Of a DNA stretch of 64,000 nucleotides, positions 24,915 to 37,157 are shown piece by piece; positions within the stretch are counted from its first letter, which is position 1, and each line of letters begins with the position of its first letter. Position numbers and translations under genes: made by a program. The notes under the pieces were generated by a model. That model searched no databases. It was not told where the DNA came from and saw nothing but the letters and a program-made list of their open reading frames with translations. Source of the stretch: Squalus acanthias. Taxonomy: Eukaryota. The stretch covers positions 82,028,001 to 82,092,000 of the forward strand of contig CM059432.1 in NCBI GenBank assembly GCA_030390025.1. Reading direction: 5' to 3'.

Positions 24915-25324
24915 TTTATCTCACCATTTACCACTATTTTCAGGACAAGAGCTGAGAAATTTGGAAAATGTTCTGTTGTTGTTACTATTATCCACGTTAG
25001 TACCAGTCTTTGTGCAGGAAACAACTCAAAGCAGGACAGCAGATTGTCTGATACAATGGCTCTTCACTTGTATCTTCCTTCTACCTTGTTATTAAATGCA
25101 TATATTTTCACTTCTGTTGAGTGAAGAATCTGTTTACCTAGTATTGTCGCTAGGACCATTCTCCCCTGTTGAATCTAGGTGTGAGGGGGGCTGGGGGGGA
25201 GGGGGGCTGGTTTACCTGGCTCAACATTAATGTCAGGCTATCACAAAATAGGACCTGGATTTATCAATTCTTGAATCCTGCCCTTTATAACTCAATGTAC
25301 TAACAGGGAATAGAGCGTTATACT

Positions 25325-25443
25325 GATAGAGTTAGATGAGGAAACACAGGAGGAGGCTCCAGTGGAGCATAAATGCCAGCATGGACTGGTTGGGTCGAAT
25401 GGCCTGTTTCTGTGCTGAAAATTCTATGTAATTCTATGTAATT
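25325..25443 (+). mobile_element. CR1-type 3'-end fragment with (ATTCTATGTA)n tail
   Basis: GGTTGGGTCGAATGGCCTGTTTCTGTGCTG followed by a tandem tail. Confidence 0.65.
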
Positions 25444-25750
25444 TTGGTACTTAATATCAGTGCATCAAGCTACATTCTGTTCAATCCTGTGGAATAAAAT
25501 TATAATATACTAGACTGCTTCCTATTCATGCCACTCTATCAAGAAACTTTGTGTTCATTTCATCTATATATATAAATCCTGAATTCAAATTTTTTTTTGT
25601 CCACAACGCTTACAATTTTGTCATGTTTTTATATCAACATTTAATATTGTAAATTGCAATGTCAACATTTCTCATTCAATGCTGCTTTATCAACCGTGAC
25701 AACGTAGTTCAGCCTCTGGTCACTAGGTGGCTCTGACACAACTCTTGATA

Positions 25751-25910
25751 CAAAAAGAAAATACTGCAGATGCTGGAAATCTGAAATAAAAACAGAAAAT
25801 GCCGGAGATACTCAGCAGGTCAGGCAGCATCTGTGAAGAGAGAAACAGAGTTAACGTTTCAAGTCGATGACCTTTCGTCTGAGTATCTCCAGCATTTTCT
25901 GTTTTTATTT
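25751..25910. mobile_element. Penelope-like pLTR fragment, inverted
   Basis: pLTR plus inverted short copy, flanked by TCTGACACAACTCT/TCTGACCCAACTCT direct repeat. Confidence 0.7.
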
Positions 25911-26049
25911 CTGACCCAACTCTGTTGCTACTTATAATCATGAATTGACCCTGAGCAATGCCACAGGTAATTTATTTGTTGTACTGTATAAATCACTTTG
26001 CATCCACTCCCATTGTACTGAATCTTGAACCCAACATAACATTTAAATA

Positions 26050-26430
26050 TAAAGAAGAAAAAAAGCAAAATACTGCAAATGCTGGAAATCTGAAATAAAA
26101 ACAGTAAATGCTGGAAACACGCAGCATCTGTGGAAGAAATTTTCCTTTTTTTATGATTTGGGTTTCTATTAGTTGTACTCCTCTAAAAACGGGGCACTTT
26201 TGTTAGATTTTAGGTTTGATGACACTGGTGCAACCCAGTGGATTCTTTGTGGGTTTTAATTGAATTTAAATAAAAGGCGCCTGTGGAAGAAAGAACAAAA
26301 GTTAACGTTTGAGGTCATGACCTTTAGAATTGACCAAGGGTCGCAAGACTGGAAACGTTGGCTTTTGTCCTTTCTTCTACAGATGCTGCCTAACCTGCTG
26401 ATAGTTTCCAGCAGGTTCAGGTTTTTAAAA
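26050..26430. mobile_element. Decayed head-to-head Penelope pLTR pair
   Basis: AAATGCTGGAAATCTGAAATAAAA...GTTAACGTTT and inverted GAAACGTT...CAGATGCTGCC...TTTCCAGCA. Confidence 0.6.
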
Positions 26431-26520
26431 AAAATTTAAGTATAAATCCCTGATTCAAACATTAATAAAAATTCCCCAACTCTCTCTTATTGTTGTCCTC
26501 ACTGAGCAGTGTGAATTTAC

Positions 26521-26816
26521 ATACCACGTGACAGTGGGAGCCGCCTGCGCTCTGTGATTGCGGGCTGTGACCCGGATGTGACTGCGCGGGCTCGGTGGCG
26601 CGAGCTTTGGATCGGAGGACGGTTGGTGCCGCTCACCGCCCGGGGCCAGACAGTGCGGGGACAGACAGCGCGGGACAGGCCGCCACCTGCCCGGGGACAG
26701 GCAGCGCGGGACAGGCCGCTCACTGCCCGGGGACAGACAGCGCGGGACAGGCCGGCCACCGCCCGGGGACAGACAGCGCGGGACAGGCCGCGCGAGCTCC
26801 GCTCCCGGCTCCGAGG
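26521..26816 (+). promoter_or_regulatory. CpG-island promoter / 5' UTR of the SPICE1 retrogene
   Basis: Abrupt switch from AT-rich to CpG-rich sequence; E-box CACGTG at 26525-26530; ETS-like CCGGATGT at 26572; CpG richness continues ~500 nt into the CDS. Confidence 0.65.
26638..26790 (+). repeat. 36-bp GC-rich tandem repeat (~4 copies) in the SPICE1 5' region
   Basis: Unit GCCCGGGGACAGACAGCGCGGGACAGGCCGCTCACT, starting at 26689, 26725 and 26761, plus an irregular first copy. Confidence 0.85.
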
Positions 26817-29402
26817 ATGTCGTCCATCCGATTGAACCGGTCCTCCCGCTCACATGCAACGGACAAGAGCCGCAAAAAGAAGGCGGGCCCGGCCTTGAAA
26901 CAGGAGTGGGACAGCACGATCAGCGACTTGAGCGTTCACCGGGCTGGCCCGGAGGAGCTTGCTAGGCGCCGCGAGAACCGCGTCTCCAAGAACCGGGCGG
27001 AGGCTCGGTGGGAGCTGCGGCAGCGGGCGGGTGGCGGCGGCCAGAGGCGGGGGCCAGAGCCTGCAGCGAGGGTCGAGGGGCAGCTCGAGCAGTGGCAGTT
27101 GCGGGAGGTGTTGGCCAGGTCTGACCGGGCTCTGGCCGTGGTCAGGGACCTGTTCGGCGATGCCCCGCGGCGGCAGGCCGGCTTTCCCAATGTGACAGTG
27201 GCACCCGTATGCCGGCAGGCGCCTTCCGCACGGCTGATCGCGCAGAGGAGCGACCAGCCCACGCAGCTGTCCATCCTCAGCGAGTCGGTCATGGACTCCC
27301 AGGCCCTCAATGAAACCGACGGTGGAACCTCCAACCCTAAGCTGTCAGAGGAGAGGCAGGAAGAAGCCGACGCTTCTGTGTCCATGGACTATCAGACCAG
27401 CGTTGACAGCAGCCGTCACCTACCAGAGAGGAAGGAACAGGAAACCCCTAAGCCCACAACACAGTCCACAGGAGAACGCTCCCATACACCACCGAACCAG
27501 TCTTTGGGTTCAAAGACCCTTGAGACTCCCTGCACGCCAGACCGTGCCTCCGTGATCCACACAGGTTTAAATGCTACTGCTGCAATCCAGAGAGTGAAGT
27601 CAAGAGTGGAAAGTAGAGCTGAAAACAATACAGAACCAGATGGCTCATCCCAGTCCGAAACCGCAAGGGTAATTCGACAAGTACTTCATCCTAGTTCAAG
27701 GGACTCAAAAAAGGACATTTCAAATGATAAAAATTGCAATATGTCTACCAAAAGAATGGAAGACAGTAGGCAAGAGGACAGGCAGCTGAGCCTGGAGGTA
27801 CTGCAGGAAATGATTGAGAATATTGACCAGGAGATGGTGGAATATGAACGCCAGACAGGACGTGAGGTCACGGGCTTGTTGCCGCAGAGAGGTCGTAGTC
27901 TAACAGGTTTCACTTTCTCGTTGGTCAGCTTGATAAGCAGACTGACCCACTATCTAAAAGAGAATGACATTCAGCAATGGCAGGAGAAAGAAAACCATCA
28001 GCAACTTCTAAAAAAATCCAAGGAACAACGAGCACTGATTGATGCACTGACAGCAGAATTTCTGACAATACAAGATGAAATTATTTCTGTGCAGGCTAAC
28101 CTGCATCAGTATATGATCAAAACAGATGAAGAGCTGTTCTTGTTGAAACAAATGTTGCATGGATCTACAGAAGCAGAAGGAACTAAACCAAAGCCAAGAC
28201 TAAACATTGCGCCTGAAGTTAGGGAGACAGCAGTGGAAGGAGCAAGTTTACATGCATGTGCCTACCCTGACAAACGAGATAAAGTAAATGCACCTCTTTT
28301 ACGGGCTGTACCAAATATTGAAGAGGAGCTTTTAGGAAGTTTGGTAAATAAACAGCCCTGTGCTTATCAGTACAAGGGGATACTGTTAGAAAAAGCTAGA
28401 AGAGGTCAAAGTTTACCTGAGCATCTATTTGGCTCTGCTGTGTTGCTTTCTCCCCCAAGACAGAGGAACAGCCAAGTAAGTACTGGATCACAAACTACAG
28501 TTAATTTGTTTCAAGAAAGGCTTCAGCCTAATGTATATCTGGAATCAACTGATGCTCATCGTTCACAAATTCATAAGGAAGCTTCAGTGTCACCAGTTGT
28601 ACTACAAGGAGAAAAAGACTCTAAAGAATACTTGGCAACACAAAACCAAAACCAGCTGCAAGATCATGAGGATCTTGCCCAGCAATGGAAGTTTTTGAAT
28701 GCTAACGAAAGACATAAGAGCTTGAGTGTCACTTCGCCTGTTACTAATTTGCCTCAAATGCACCCAGTGCCTGTTGATGACACAGCAACATGCATTCTGA
28801 GAACAAAGGAGAGCAAGGTGCAAGCTGAAGGCAGTCAAGATCTATCTTTGGATGAGTGGCTTAAACATGAAGCGATGTTATCTCAAATTGCTGAGCTACA
28901 GTTGCAGAATTCTGCTCTCAAAGCCCATCTTGATCAGTTCAAAATAGGTAAATTATCTAATCCTGCACCACAAATTGAAAAGACCATTCACGGCACTTCT
29001 GAAAGTCTTCAGCAGAGGATCACTGAACTCAACCGTCAGAGTGCCGAGGCACGCAGCAAACTTTTGAACTTGATTGAACAGCAGAGACAAGTTTCTGGTG
29101 ATTCTGCCTCCCCACCTATTTCTCCTATTCCACCGGAGGGTATATGGACAGGAACTGGCAACAGAACACTGGAAGTGTTGATCCCTCTGCCCAATGGATT
29201 GGACTCTTCCACAGGCACCACACCTTCCCCTGCTAGCAAAATAAACAGAAGTAGATCTACAGATAATGCTAGTACAACTAGTTCCTCACTATATCTGGAC
29301 AAAGGTGATGGAAATAGGACACCTGTTACTCAAAGAATGAAGCCAGAAAGATTGAAAGAAGAAGGTTGGTTTGCATTGTCTACCCACACCATGCGATTCT
29401 AA
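26817..29402 (+). CDS. SPICE1: Spindle and centriole-associated protein 1 (CCDC52), intronless, 861 aa
   Basis: Colinear SPICE1 motifs from start to end: MSSIRLNR, KQEWDSTISDLSVHRA, GFPNVTVAP, ESVMDSQALN, LNATAA, EYERQTGREV.GL, LTGFTFSLVS, LIDALTAE, AVLLSPPRQ, LQNSALKAH, ELNRQSAEARSKLL.LIEQQ and C-terminal EEGWFALSTH; no stops or introns; ATG in AGGATGT context. Confidence 0.95.
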   Translation: MSSIRLNRSSRSHATDKSRKKKAGPALKQEWDSTISDLSVHRAGPEELARRRENRVSKNRAEARWELRQRAGGGGQRRGPEPAARVEGQLEQWQLREVLARSDRALAVVRDLFGDAPRRQAGFPNVTVAPVCRQAPSARLIAQRSDQPTQLSILSESVMDSQALNETDGGTSNPKLSEERQEEADASVSMDYQTSVDSSRHLPERKEQETPKPTTQSTGERSHTPPNQSLGSKTLETPCTPDRASVIHTGLNATAAIQRVKSRVESRAENNTEPDGSSQSETARVIRQVLHPSSRDSKKDISNDKNCNMSTKRMEDSRQEDRQLSLEVLQEMIENIDQEMVEYERQTGREVTGLLPQRGRSLTGFTFSLVSLISRLTHYLKENDIQQWQEKENHQQLLKKSKEQRALIDALTAEFLTIQDEIISVQANLHQYMIKTDEELFLLKQMLHGSTEAEGTKPKPRLNIAPEVRETAVEGASLHACAYPDKRDKVNAPLLRAVPNIEEELLGSLVNKQPCAYQYKGILLEKARRGQSLPEHLFGSAVLLSPPRQRNSQVSTGSQTTVNLFQERLQPNVYLESTDAHRSQIHKEASVSPVVLQGEKDSKEYLATQNQNQLQDHEDLAQQWKFLNANERHKSLSVTSPVTNLPQMHPVPVDDTATCILRTKESKVQAEGSQDLSLDEWLKHEAMLSQIAELQLQNSALKAHLDQFKIGKLSNPAPQIEKTIHGTSESLQQRITELNRQSAEARSKLLNLIEQQRQVSGDSASPPISPIPPEGIWTGTGNRTLEVLIPLPNGLDSSTGTTPSPASKINRSRSTDNASTTSSSLYLDKGDGNRTPVTQRMKPERLKEEGWFALSTHTMRF

Positions 29403-29457
29403 TGAGGTCTATAAATCCATATTTGGGCGATTGGAGAACAAACAGAATATACGTATA

Positions 29458-29595
29458 TAAAAAGAAAAATACTACAGATGCTGGAAATCTGAAAGAGAAA
29501 ATGTAGTTCTGAAGGGTCGGCACCAAAAATGTCAACTTGTCCATTTTCTCCACAGATGCTGACTGACGTGTTTCCAGAATTTTGTCTTTTTGTTT
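29458..29595. mobile_element. Decayed inverted Penelope pLTR in the SPICE1 3' UTR
   Basis: CAGATGCTGGAAATCTGAAA...TCTCCACAGATGCTG...TTTCCAG. Confidence 0.6.
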
Positions 29596-30289
29596 GCGCT
29601 TTTACATGTGTTGTATTTTCTTTGCATTATTGTGAATGGATAAAATGTAATTTTAAATTTCAGTGAGCCCTGAGCGGTTGGATATCTTCAATAATTGTTG
29701 ATTATTGATCCACAGAGACAAAATATAAGCTCTAATTAAGCTGTTGTGATGGGATGAAAAAGGATGGGGGTTTCCTTGGTCTGCTCTGGTTTTTCTAAAT
29801 TGAGCAGTTTAAATTTTATGGGGAGTGGTGCGGGGGTAGCAAGTCGGTAGCCCATTTTACATCACTCCCGATTTTAAATAAACATGAGATGTAAAACAAA
29901 CTGCCAATTTGCTATCAAGTGTTTGGGGGAAGGGGTGGCATTTGCAGCATGTTCTGTAGGCTCCATGAATTAATTTTTTTTGACCTGGCACAAGCAGCGA
30001 TCAATGTTTATAATGGGATAATCTTTTTTAAAATGATTTTTATTAAATTTAAACAATATGAAAGAATACATTACAATATAATTAAGTTATGTTAATAAAA
30101 CTTCCACAATTTGAACAAAAATAAAATGACTTTTTACGTGGTGTTTGAATCAAAGGTTTTCAGTGTTATCCATTCTCATAACCGGTCTGAGCCTCTTAGT
30201 TTGAGAGTTGTCTCACACTGCATTATTATCTACCTCTACGATAGCAGGACCCAGGGGTGTGGCATTAATAGCCCCAAATCCATTAGTGA

Positions 30290-32215
30290 GTACAGAAGCC
30301 TAGTTGTTTGAGTACTGGATTACCAACCCAGAAGTTGTGAGTTCAGATGTCACTGGCAAGGTGTGAAATTGAATTCAATAAATTTGGTATTTGTAGGTTA
30401 ACATCAGAAAAATAACTGAAAGCTTCTGGATTGTTGTAAAAATCCAATTGTTTTACCTAATCCCTTTTAGGGAAAGGAGCCTGACATAATATCCATGTAA
30501 GACTAAAGCAATCTCAGCCCAATCAGGCCTGCAACAGGTCATGCTCACCAACATTTTTGGGCTGGTGGTCAAGTTGGGACTTGGGAGAGCAACAACCATA
30601 CATAGTTGTACTCACAGAATCATATCTACCAGCCAGCATCCCACATTCCTCCATTCCAAACCTTGGGTGTAGCCTGACCTACCAGACAGTCCCACAACTA
30701 ATGGATAAGAGCAAATCTCTCTATCCCTACGACATTCAGTTGGGAATTAACAGGAGAAAGAGGCTTAATTAACATTCCCATCATCAACCATGGTGCAGCC
30801 CTGACTGCAAGAGATAAGTCTGAAATTTTTGAAAGACTTCATCCAAAAGTGCTAAGTGGATGATTCTACTCTGCCTCTATCTGAGGTTTCCACCATCATA
30901 GATAACAGTGTGTAGTAAATTAGATTCACTTCATGTAAAATTAAGAACTGGCTAAGTGCATTGGACACAGCAATGCATTGTGATGGACTTTGACACATTG
31001 CAATTACCACCCCATGAACCTCCTCCCAATCATCTGTAAAGTGCTGGAAAGAATTATCAATAGTGCCATCAAGCAACACTTACTTACCAATAACCTGCTT
31101 ACTGATGCTCAGTTTGGGTTCCACCAGAACTTCTTCATAACCTTGATCAGGAGATGAATGCCAGAGAACAGGTCAGCAGTTGCCCTCAACATTAAGGCAG
31201 CGTTGGACTGAATATGCCACCAAGGAGCCCTAGTAAAACTGAAGTCAGTAGGAGTCAGGAAAATGCTCCATTTGTTGGGAGTCACACGTGAAATGAAGGA
31301 AGGTGATTATCGGACGCCAGTCATGGCTGCTTGATCAATGACAATTCTTTCATCATAAGGTCAGGAGTGGGGCAGTTCACTGACAATTCAGTGTGCAGAT
31401 CCAGCAGATCCATTCGAAACTGCTCTGTTAATGGAGCAATGCATGCCAGCCTTCAGCAGGACCTGGATAACATTCAGGCATAGGCTGACAGTTGGAAGGT
31501 AACATTTGTGCCCTGTAAGTGCCAGATAATGATCATCTTAAACAAGAGAAATCTGTCATCTCCCCATGACTTTCACTGACATCACCATCGCCAAATCCCC
31601 AACCAACAAGATCTTGGAAGTTGCCATTGATCAGAAGCGGAATTGGACCAACCATGCTAACACCATGGCTACAAGTGCAGGGTAGACGTTGGATACTCTA
31701 CAACGAGTGGCTCATCTCCTGACCCCTCAAAGCCTCTGCACCATCTACAAGGCTCAAGTCAGGAATGTAATGGAATACCACTTGCCTGGATAGGTGCAGC
31801 TGCATGGACACTCAAAAAGCTCGACACTATTCAGGACAACAGTCTTCTTGATCAACACACTTGCCACTGAATATCCACACTGGCACACTGTGGCTCAGTA
31901 TGTATGATCCACAGAATGCATTGCAGCAAATGAACGAAGGTTACTTCAACAGCCCCTCCCTCCCCAGCAACCTCTACCACCAAGAGGACAAGCAGCAATG
32001 TCAGGAATACCATCTCCTCCAAGTCACCATCCTGACTTGGACATATATTACCGTTCCTTCATCATTGTGTCAATATACTGGAATTTACTACCTAGCATCA
32101 TTGTGGAGCCCCATCACCACAAGGACTTCAGCGGTTCGAGGAGAAGGCTCACCATTGTTTCTCAGGGCAACCAGGGACGGGCAATAAATGTGGCCTTATC
32201 AGTGTCATCCACATT
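30290..32215 (+). mobile_element. Heavily decayed CR1-clade LINE (family 2) with tRNA-like 5' head
   Basis: tRNA-like head, APE start (TNIFGL..QQPYIVVLTES), RT region homologous to 48737-50380, tail AGGGCAACCAGGGACGGGCAATAAATG. Confidence 0.75.
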
Positions 32216-32769
32216 TTGATAAATAAAAGCTGCTTTATTTCACACCATTTCAGGTTAGACTCAATTAATTCTACTTACGTTTGCATAAAATAAATATGCC
32301 ATGCTTCCCTATATCAGTGGGGTGTCTTAATGTAAACAAGATCACTTCTAACTGTCTTCCAGCATTTCTATCCTCTTAGTATTGGTGTATACTTTGCAGC
32401 TTTCTCTTCGAAAAACCTATTTGACTGCTTTTGTATTGGTCTTTGTGTTTACAGCCAGAAAGGAATTAAAGACCTTCCAACACAATGGATGTGAGGTGTT
32501 TATAAATTCCCGAGACAAAATAATAAATTGCTTGTTGCTTGCATTCTTTCGGGGAAAATAATCTCCATTTGCCAATTAAGCACCTTTCATCGAGGTACCT
32601 TTTTCAAATTTCTGGGAGTACACTTTGTTGTCTTATTTAGGATACCACTTGATTGTTGCTATTTTTGTGGTGCTTTGAGTGAGTGTCTTCCCTTTCATCA
32701 GCTTTATTTTTTATCGGGACTGCACTTTCAAAATCTCAACTGTCTAGCCTTTGGCCCTCCATTCACCAC

Positions 32770-34826
32770 AACATTTCTGCAACTACTGATCTGCTCATCC
32801 ACATCCTCACCACCACCTTTGATGCCCTAGTCCCCATTAAAACCATTATTCCCGCTCACCCTGGTATGGCCCTCATCTCCGCTCTCTTAAGTCCAAGGCA
32901 GGCAGAAATGATATGGCAGAGAACTGGTTTAGCCATTCACCTGGCTAGACCACATAAAGCATTATCGGGTCCTGCTCTCATCTGCCAAAACTGCTCACTA
33001 TTCTGGGATCATTCTGGAATGCAAAGATAACCCCCGGCATCTTTTCTCTACTGCAAACTGTTTTCTTAAACCCCTAACCCTGTGTCCTCCACCCTCACCT
33101 CCAACAACAAATGCGAGGAGCTCATGGAATTCTTTGTCACTAAGATTGAGACCATCCGATCAGCTACCTTTGCCACTTCCCTTCCTTCCCCTAACTCACC
33201 GGACCAAACTTCCTCCAAGATTCCCCCCCTACCCTAGCCCTGAACTCACATCTTTCTCCCGTTTCTCTTCAATCTCCCCTCATGTCCTCTCCGAGCTCAT
33301 CTTGTCCATGAGACCCATTTCCTGCTCCCTCAACCCTATTCCCACTAAACTGCTTACCACTGAACTTTCTTTTCTTGCTCCCATCTAGCGGATATTGTTA
33401 ATGATTCTCCACAGGTACCCTCCCCCTCAAAAAATAATCCTTGACCCCCTCCGTCCTTGCAAACTACCGCCCCATCTCCAACCTCCCTTTCCTTTCTAAA
33501 GCCCTTGAATATGTTGTTGCCTCCAAAATCCATGCCCATCTCTCCCGGAACTCCATGTTTGAATCCCTCCAATCAGGTTTCCGCCCCTGCCACAGTACCA
33601 AAATGGCTCTTATCAAAGTCACAAATGGCATCCTATGTGACTGTGACAAAGGTAAACAATCCCTTCTTGTCCTCAACCTGTCTACAGCCTTTGACACGGT
33701 TGACCACACCATCCTCCTCCAATGCCTCTCCACCATTGTCCAGCTGGGTGGGACTGCACTCACCTGGTTCCATTGTTATCTATCTAATCATAGCCAGAGA
33801 ATCACCTACAATGGCTTCTCTTCCCACTCCCGCATCGTTACCTCTGGTGTCCCCCAAGGATCTATCCTTGGCCCCCTCCTATTTCTCATCTACATGCTGC
33901 CCCATGGTGACATCATCTGAAAACACAGTGCCAGTTTCCACATGTATGCTGACGACACCCAGCTCTACCTCACCACCACTTCTCTCGACCCCTCCACTGT
34001 CTCTAAATTGCCAGACTGGATGAGCAAAAATGTCCTTCAACTAAATATCGGGAAGACCGAAGCCATTGTCTTCGGTCCCCGCCACAAACTCCATTCCCTA
34101 ACCACTGACTCCATCCCTCTCCCTAGCATCTGTCTGAGGCTGAACCAGACCATTTGCAACCTTGGTGTCATATATGACCCTGAACTGAGCTTCCGACCAC
34201 ATATCCGCGCCATCACTAAGACCATGTATTTCTACCCCCGTAACATCGTCCGACTCTGCCCCTGCCTCAGCTCATCTGCTGCTGAAACCCTCATCCATAC
34301 CTTTGTTACCTCTAGATTTGACTATTCTAACGCACTCCTGGTTGGCCACCCACGTTCTACCCTCTGTAAACTTGATGTCATCCAAAACTCTGCTTCCCGT
34401 GTCCTAACTCGCACCAAGTCCCATTCACCCATCACCCCTGTGCTCGCTGACCCCAGTTAAGCAACGCCTCGATTTTAAAATTCATATCCTTGTTTTCAAA
34501 TCCCTCCATGGCCTTGCCCCTCCCTATCTTTGTAATCTCCTCCAGCCCCAGCACCCTGATTTTAATCGCTCCACCATTGGTGGCCATTCTTTCAGCTGCC
34601 AAGACCCTAAGCTCTGGAATTCCCTCCCTAAACCTCTCCGCCTCTCTACCTCTCTTTCCTCCTTTAAGACGCTTCTTAAAACTTACCTCTTTGACCAAGC
34701 TTTTGGTCATCTGCCCTAATTTCTCCTTGTGTGGTTTGGTGTCAAATTTTCCTTTATAACGCTCCTGTGAAGCGCCCTGGGACGTTTTACTACATTAAAG
34801 GTGCTATATAAATAAAGTTGTTGTTG
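32770..34826 (+). mobile_element. L2 LINE, RT domain to 3' end
   Basis: NYRPISNLPFLSK, QSGFRPCHST, AFDTVDH, GVPQGSILGPLLF, YADDTQLY, SRFDYSN; AATAAAGTTGTTGTTG tail. Confidence 0.92.
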
Positions 34827-37157
34827 AGCTGTTGGGCGTAATTTTAACCTAACCCGCCGGGTGGAAAATCCACGGGATTGGGCGGAATGCCGGCTTCTAT
34901 GCACGTCAGATACCTGAATGACCAAAAAATAATTGTATGTGTTATAATTATTTTTGTTGCATAACTTCAGATCTTAAATTTAACCTAAATGATGTTCTCA
35001 TCTGATCTTGTGTGAATTCCCTGATCTTTGATTCAATATTTTATTCTGTTCTCTGACCTGCATTGAGCTTAATGCTGTTTATGCCTCATTCCTTCCTATC
35101 AAGCACTTATAGAAGTTACAACACAGAAACAGGCATTCAGCCCAACCAGTCTGTCAGCGTTTTTCCACCACGGGAGAAAATAGTCATAATCACATTTACC
35201 CGCCCTGTTTCTATAGTTTCATCTGCTTTTGTCATGTTGCTATGTGACAGGCTTTCAGTCCACTCTCATTTGCTGCATTATACCTTATCATTCAGCTGTC
35301 TTTTCATTTTAATAACTTTCCCTTTCATGTTTTTCTTTTTTTCTCTAATTTGTTTATGCCTATTTAAGCTCGTATTCTGCCTGTTGCTGGCTTTTTAACT
35401 TGTAGTTTGATGTGACAACTCAAATTTAATATGTATACCCCACTCTGCCACCAGCAGTACATAAATCAGTGCCCACCATAAGATCAGCATGAATTAGACA
35501 TCCATCCCCACCACTTCCTTGCCCCCTGGTGATAATATCATCACCACCACTCTACTGGACTAACTGGATGTGAACACTTATCCCACATACTCACCATAAG
35601 ACTGCCAGGGATCAACCATGGAAACATGCTTTCTTTTTGAAATTATTAGACTTTTGGAAATAAAATATTAAAAATAAGATAATATGCAAAAAGAACTTGT
35701 GCATTTGTTACTGTGTCAATCCGCACATGGCAACTCTTTCACTGCAAGGGTAGGAAACCTTGTGATAGGACATAAAGAAATACTGTTAGCTGGGGTGGAG
35801 CTACAAGCCGTAGGAAATAAACAAGAAAAAAGGGAGAGTGACCTCCAAACCCGAAATGGTTTAAATTTGAACCTTGAATGTCAGATCAATGCAAATCTGA
35901 CTTTTTAACATTGGGATTTAGCTCAAACTCAGCAATCATCTCTACTTCAAGTGCCCACATTTGTTGTTTAATAAAAACATTGTTTTTGTAAAACTTCTAC
36001 CCCAGTTCAGTGTGATTCACTTTCTTATTTGCTAATCTCACAACCCTGTGCCATGAAAATTTCTGTACACAGGAAGGAAATGGATACTTAAGAAATATGC
36101 CACTGTAGCGGATCAGATAAACAGTGCTGAATTCAGGAAGCACTTGCAGATGGCCAAAAAAGCAAACTTTGACTTAATTGGGTGCAGATACTGAGGAATA
36201 GGATTGCACTTGAAAAGAGCAGGTAATAGGAAGCCACGGAATAGCTGTATAGCTGCATTTTACATGATGTTGACTGGCTGCAGTTGGAAATCATTTGAAG
36301 GGGCAGCCGTGCCTGTGCAAGGAACTGCCGCTTTGATAAAGCAGTGAGGACTAAATGAAAGTATGGAGCACTGCGACGACAGCTAGATAGTAAAGCGTGG
36401 CATTATTAACGACCTTGTGGGCCACTTGTGGTTTGGGGAATATGAGAGGTATTCGCATTATTGAAGCCCGAGGAGAAAGAATTGTATTAAATGTCTCCTT
36501 CTTGTATCTGTCCTACTAGTTGCTGTACCATACCCAATGTTTAACTGCTGCTTCGAGTCCATGCTGTGGCTTAATTCCAGCAGCCAATACTGAGGATAGA
36601 AATTGAAACCATTGTGATGGCTTTGTGTTTTGCAGTGACTTTTAATAAGCAGCCTTGCTGCACTAACCACTCAACACAGTAAGTAGACTTTTTATTTGTT
36701 AATCACCGTACAGATTCAGATTTGAAATGCTTCTTTAAAACAATACATTCTAACTTTGATCATGAATTCGAATCATTACTTTTGTATTTGGGTAGGTGGA
36801 GTTTTGAAAACTCCTCGTATATTTTAATATCAGCTGATGACATTTTTTTATCCAGTTCCTTGATTTTACTTTATTGTTTTGGTGACTCAGAAAATGTTTC
36901 ATTTTTGGAGTCTGGTATTTTTAAAATGTGAATGCCATTATATTTTGTAAAGATGTTTATTTTAACCAGTTATTAACTGTACAGTAGTTGTTGCTATTAG
37001 TTCTTATCTAAACCTGAAAGTTCCTGTGTTTAATGCCTGATTTCTGCTGAATTAGCTGATCTTAGGCACAGATTGACTTCAGTGTTCAGGTTGGGGAAGG
37101 AGGGGGAAAGTCAGCTTGGATTAATATTCCGTCAACTTAGCTGAAAAGCGTATGTGT

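Noticed and set aside
26595..26816. GTG start giving a 935-aa SPICE1
   Set aside because: Homology begins at ATG 26817; the upstream part is a GC-rich tandem repeat.
26050..29595. SPICE1 mobilised as Penelope cargo between pLTRs
   Set aside because: Each flanking pLTR is a self-contained inverted fragment, there is no shared TSD, and such fragments are common in the window.
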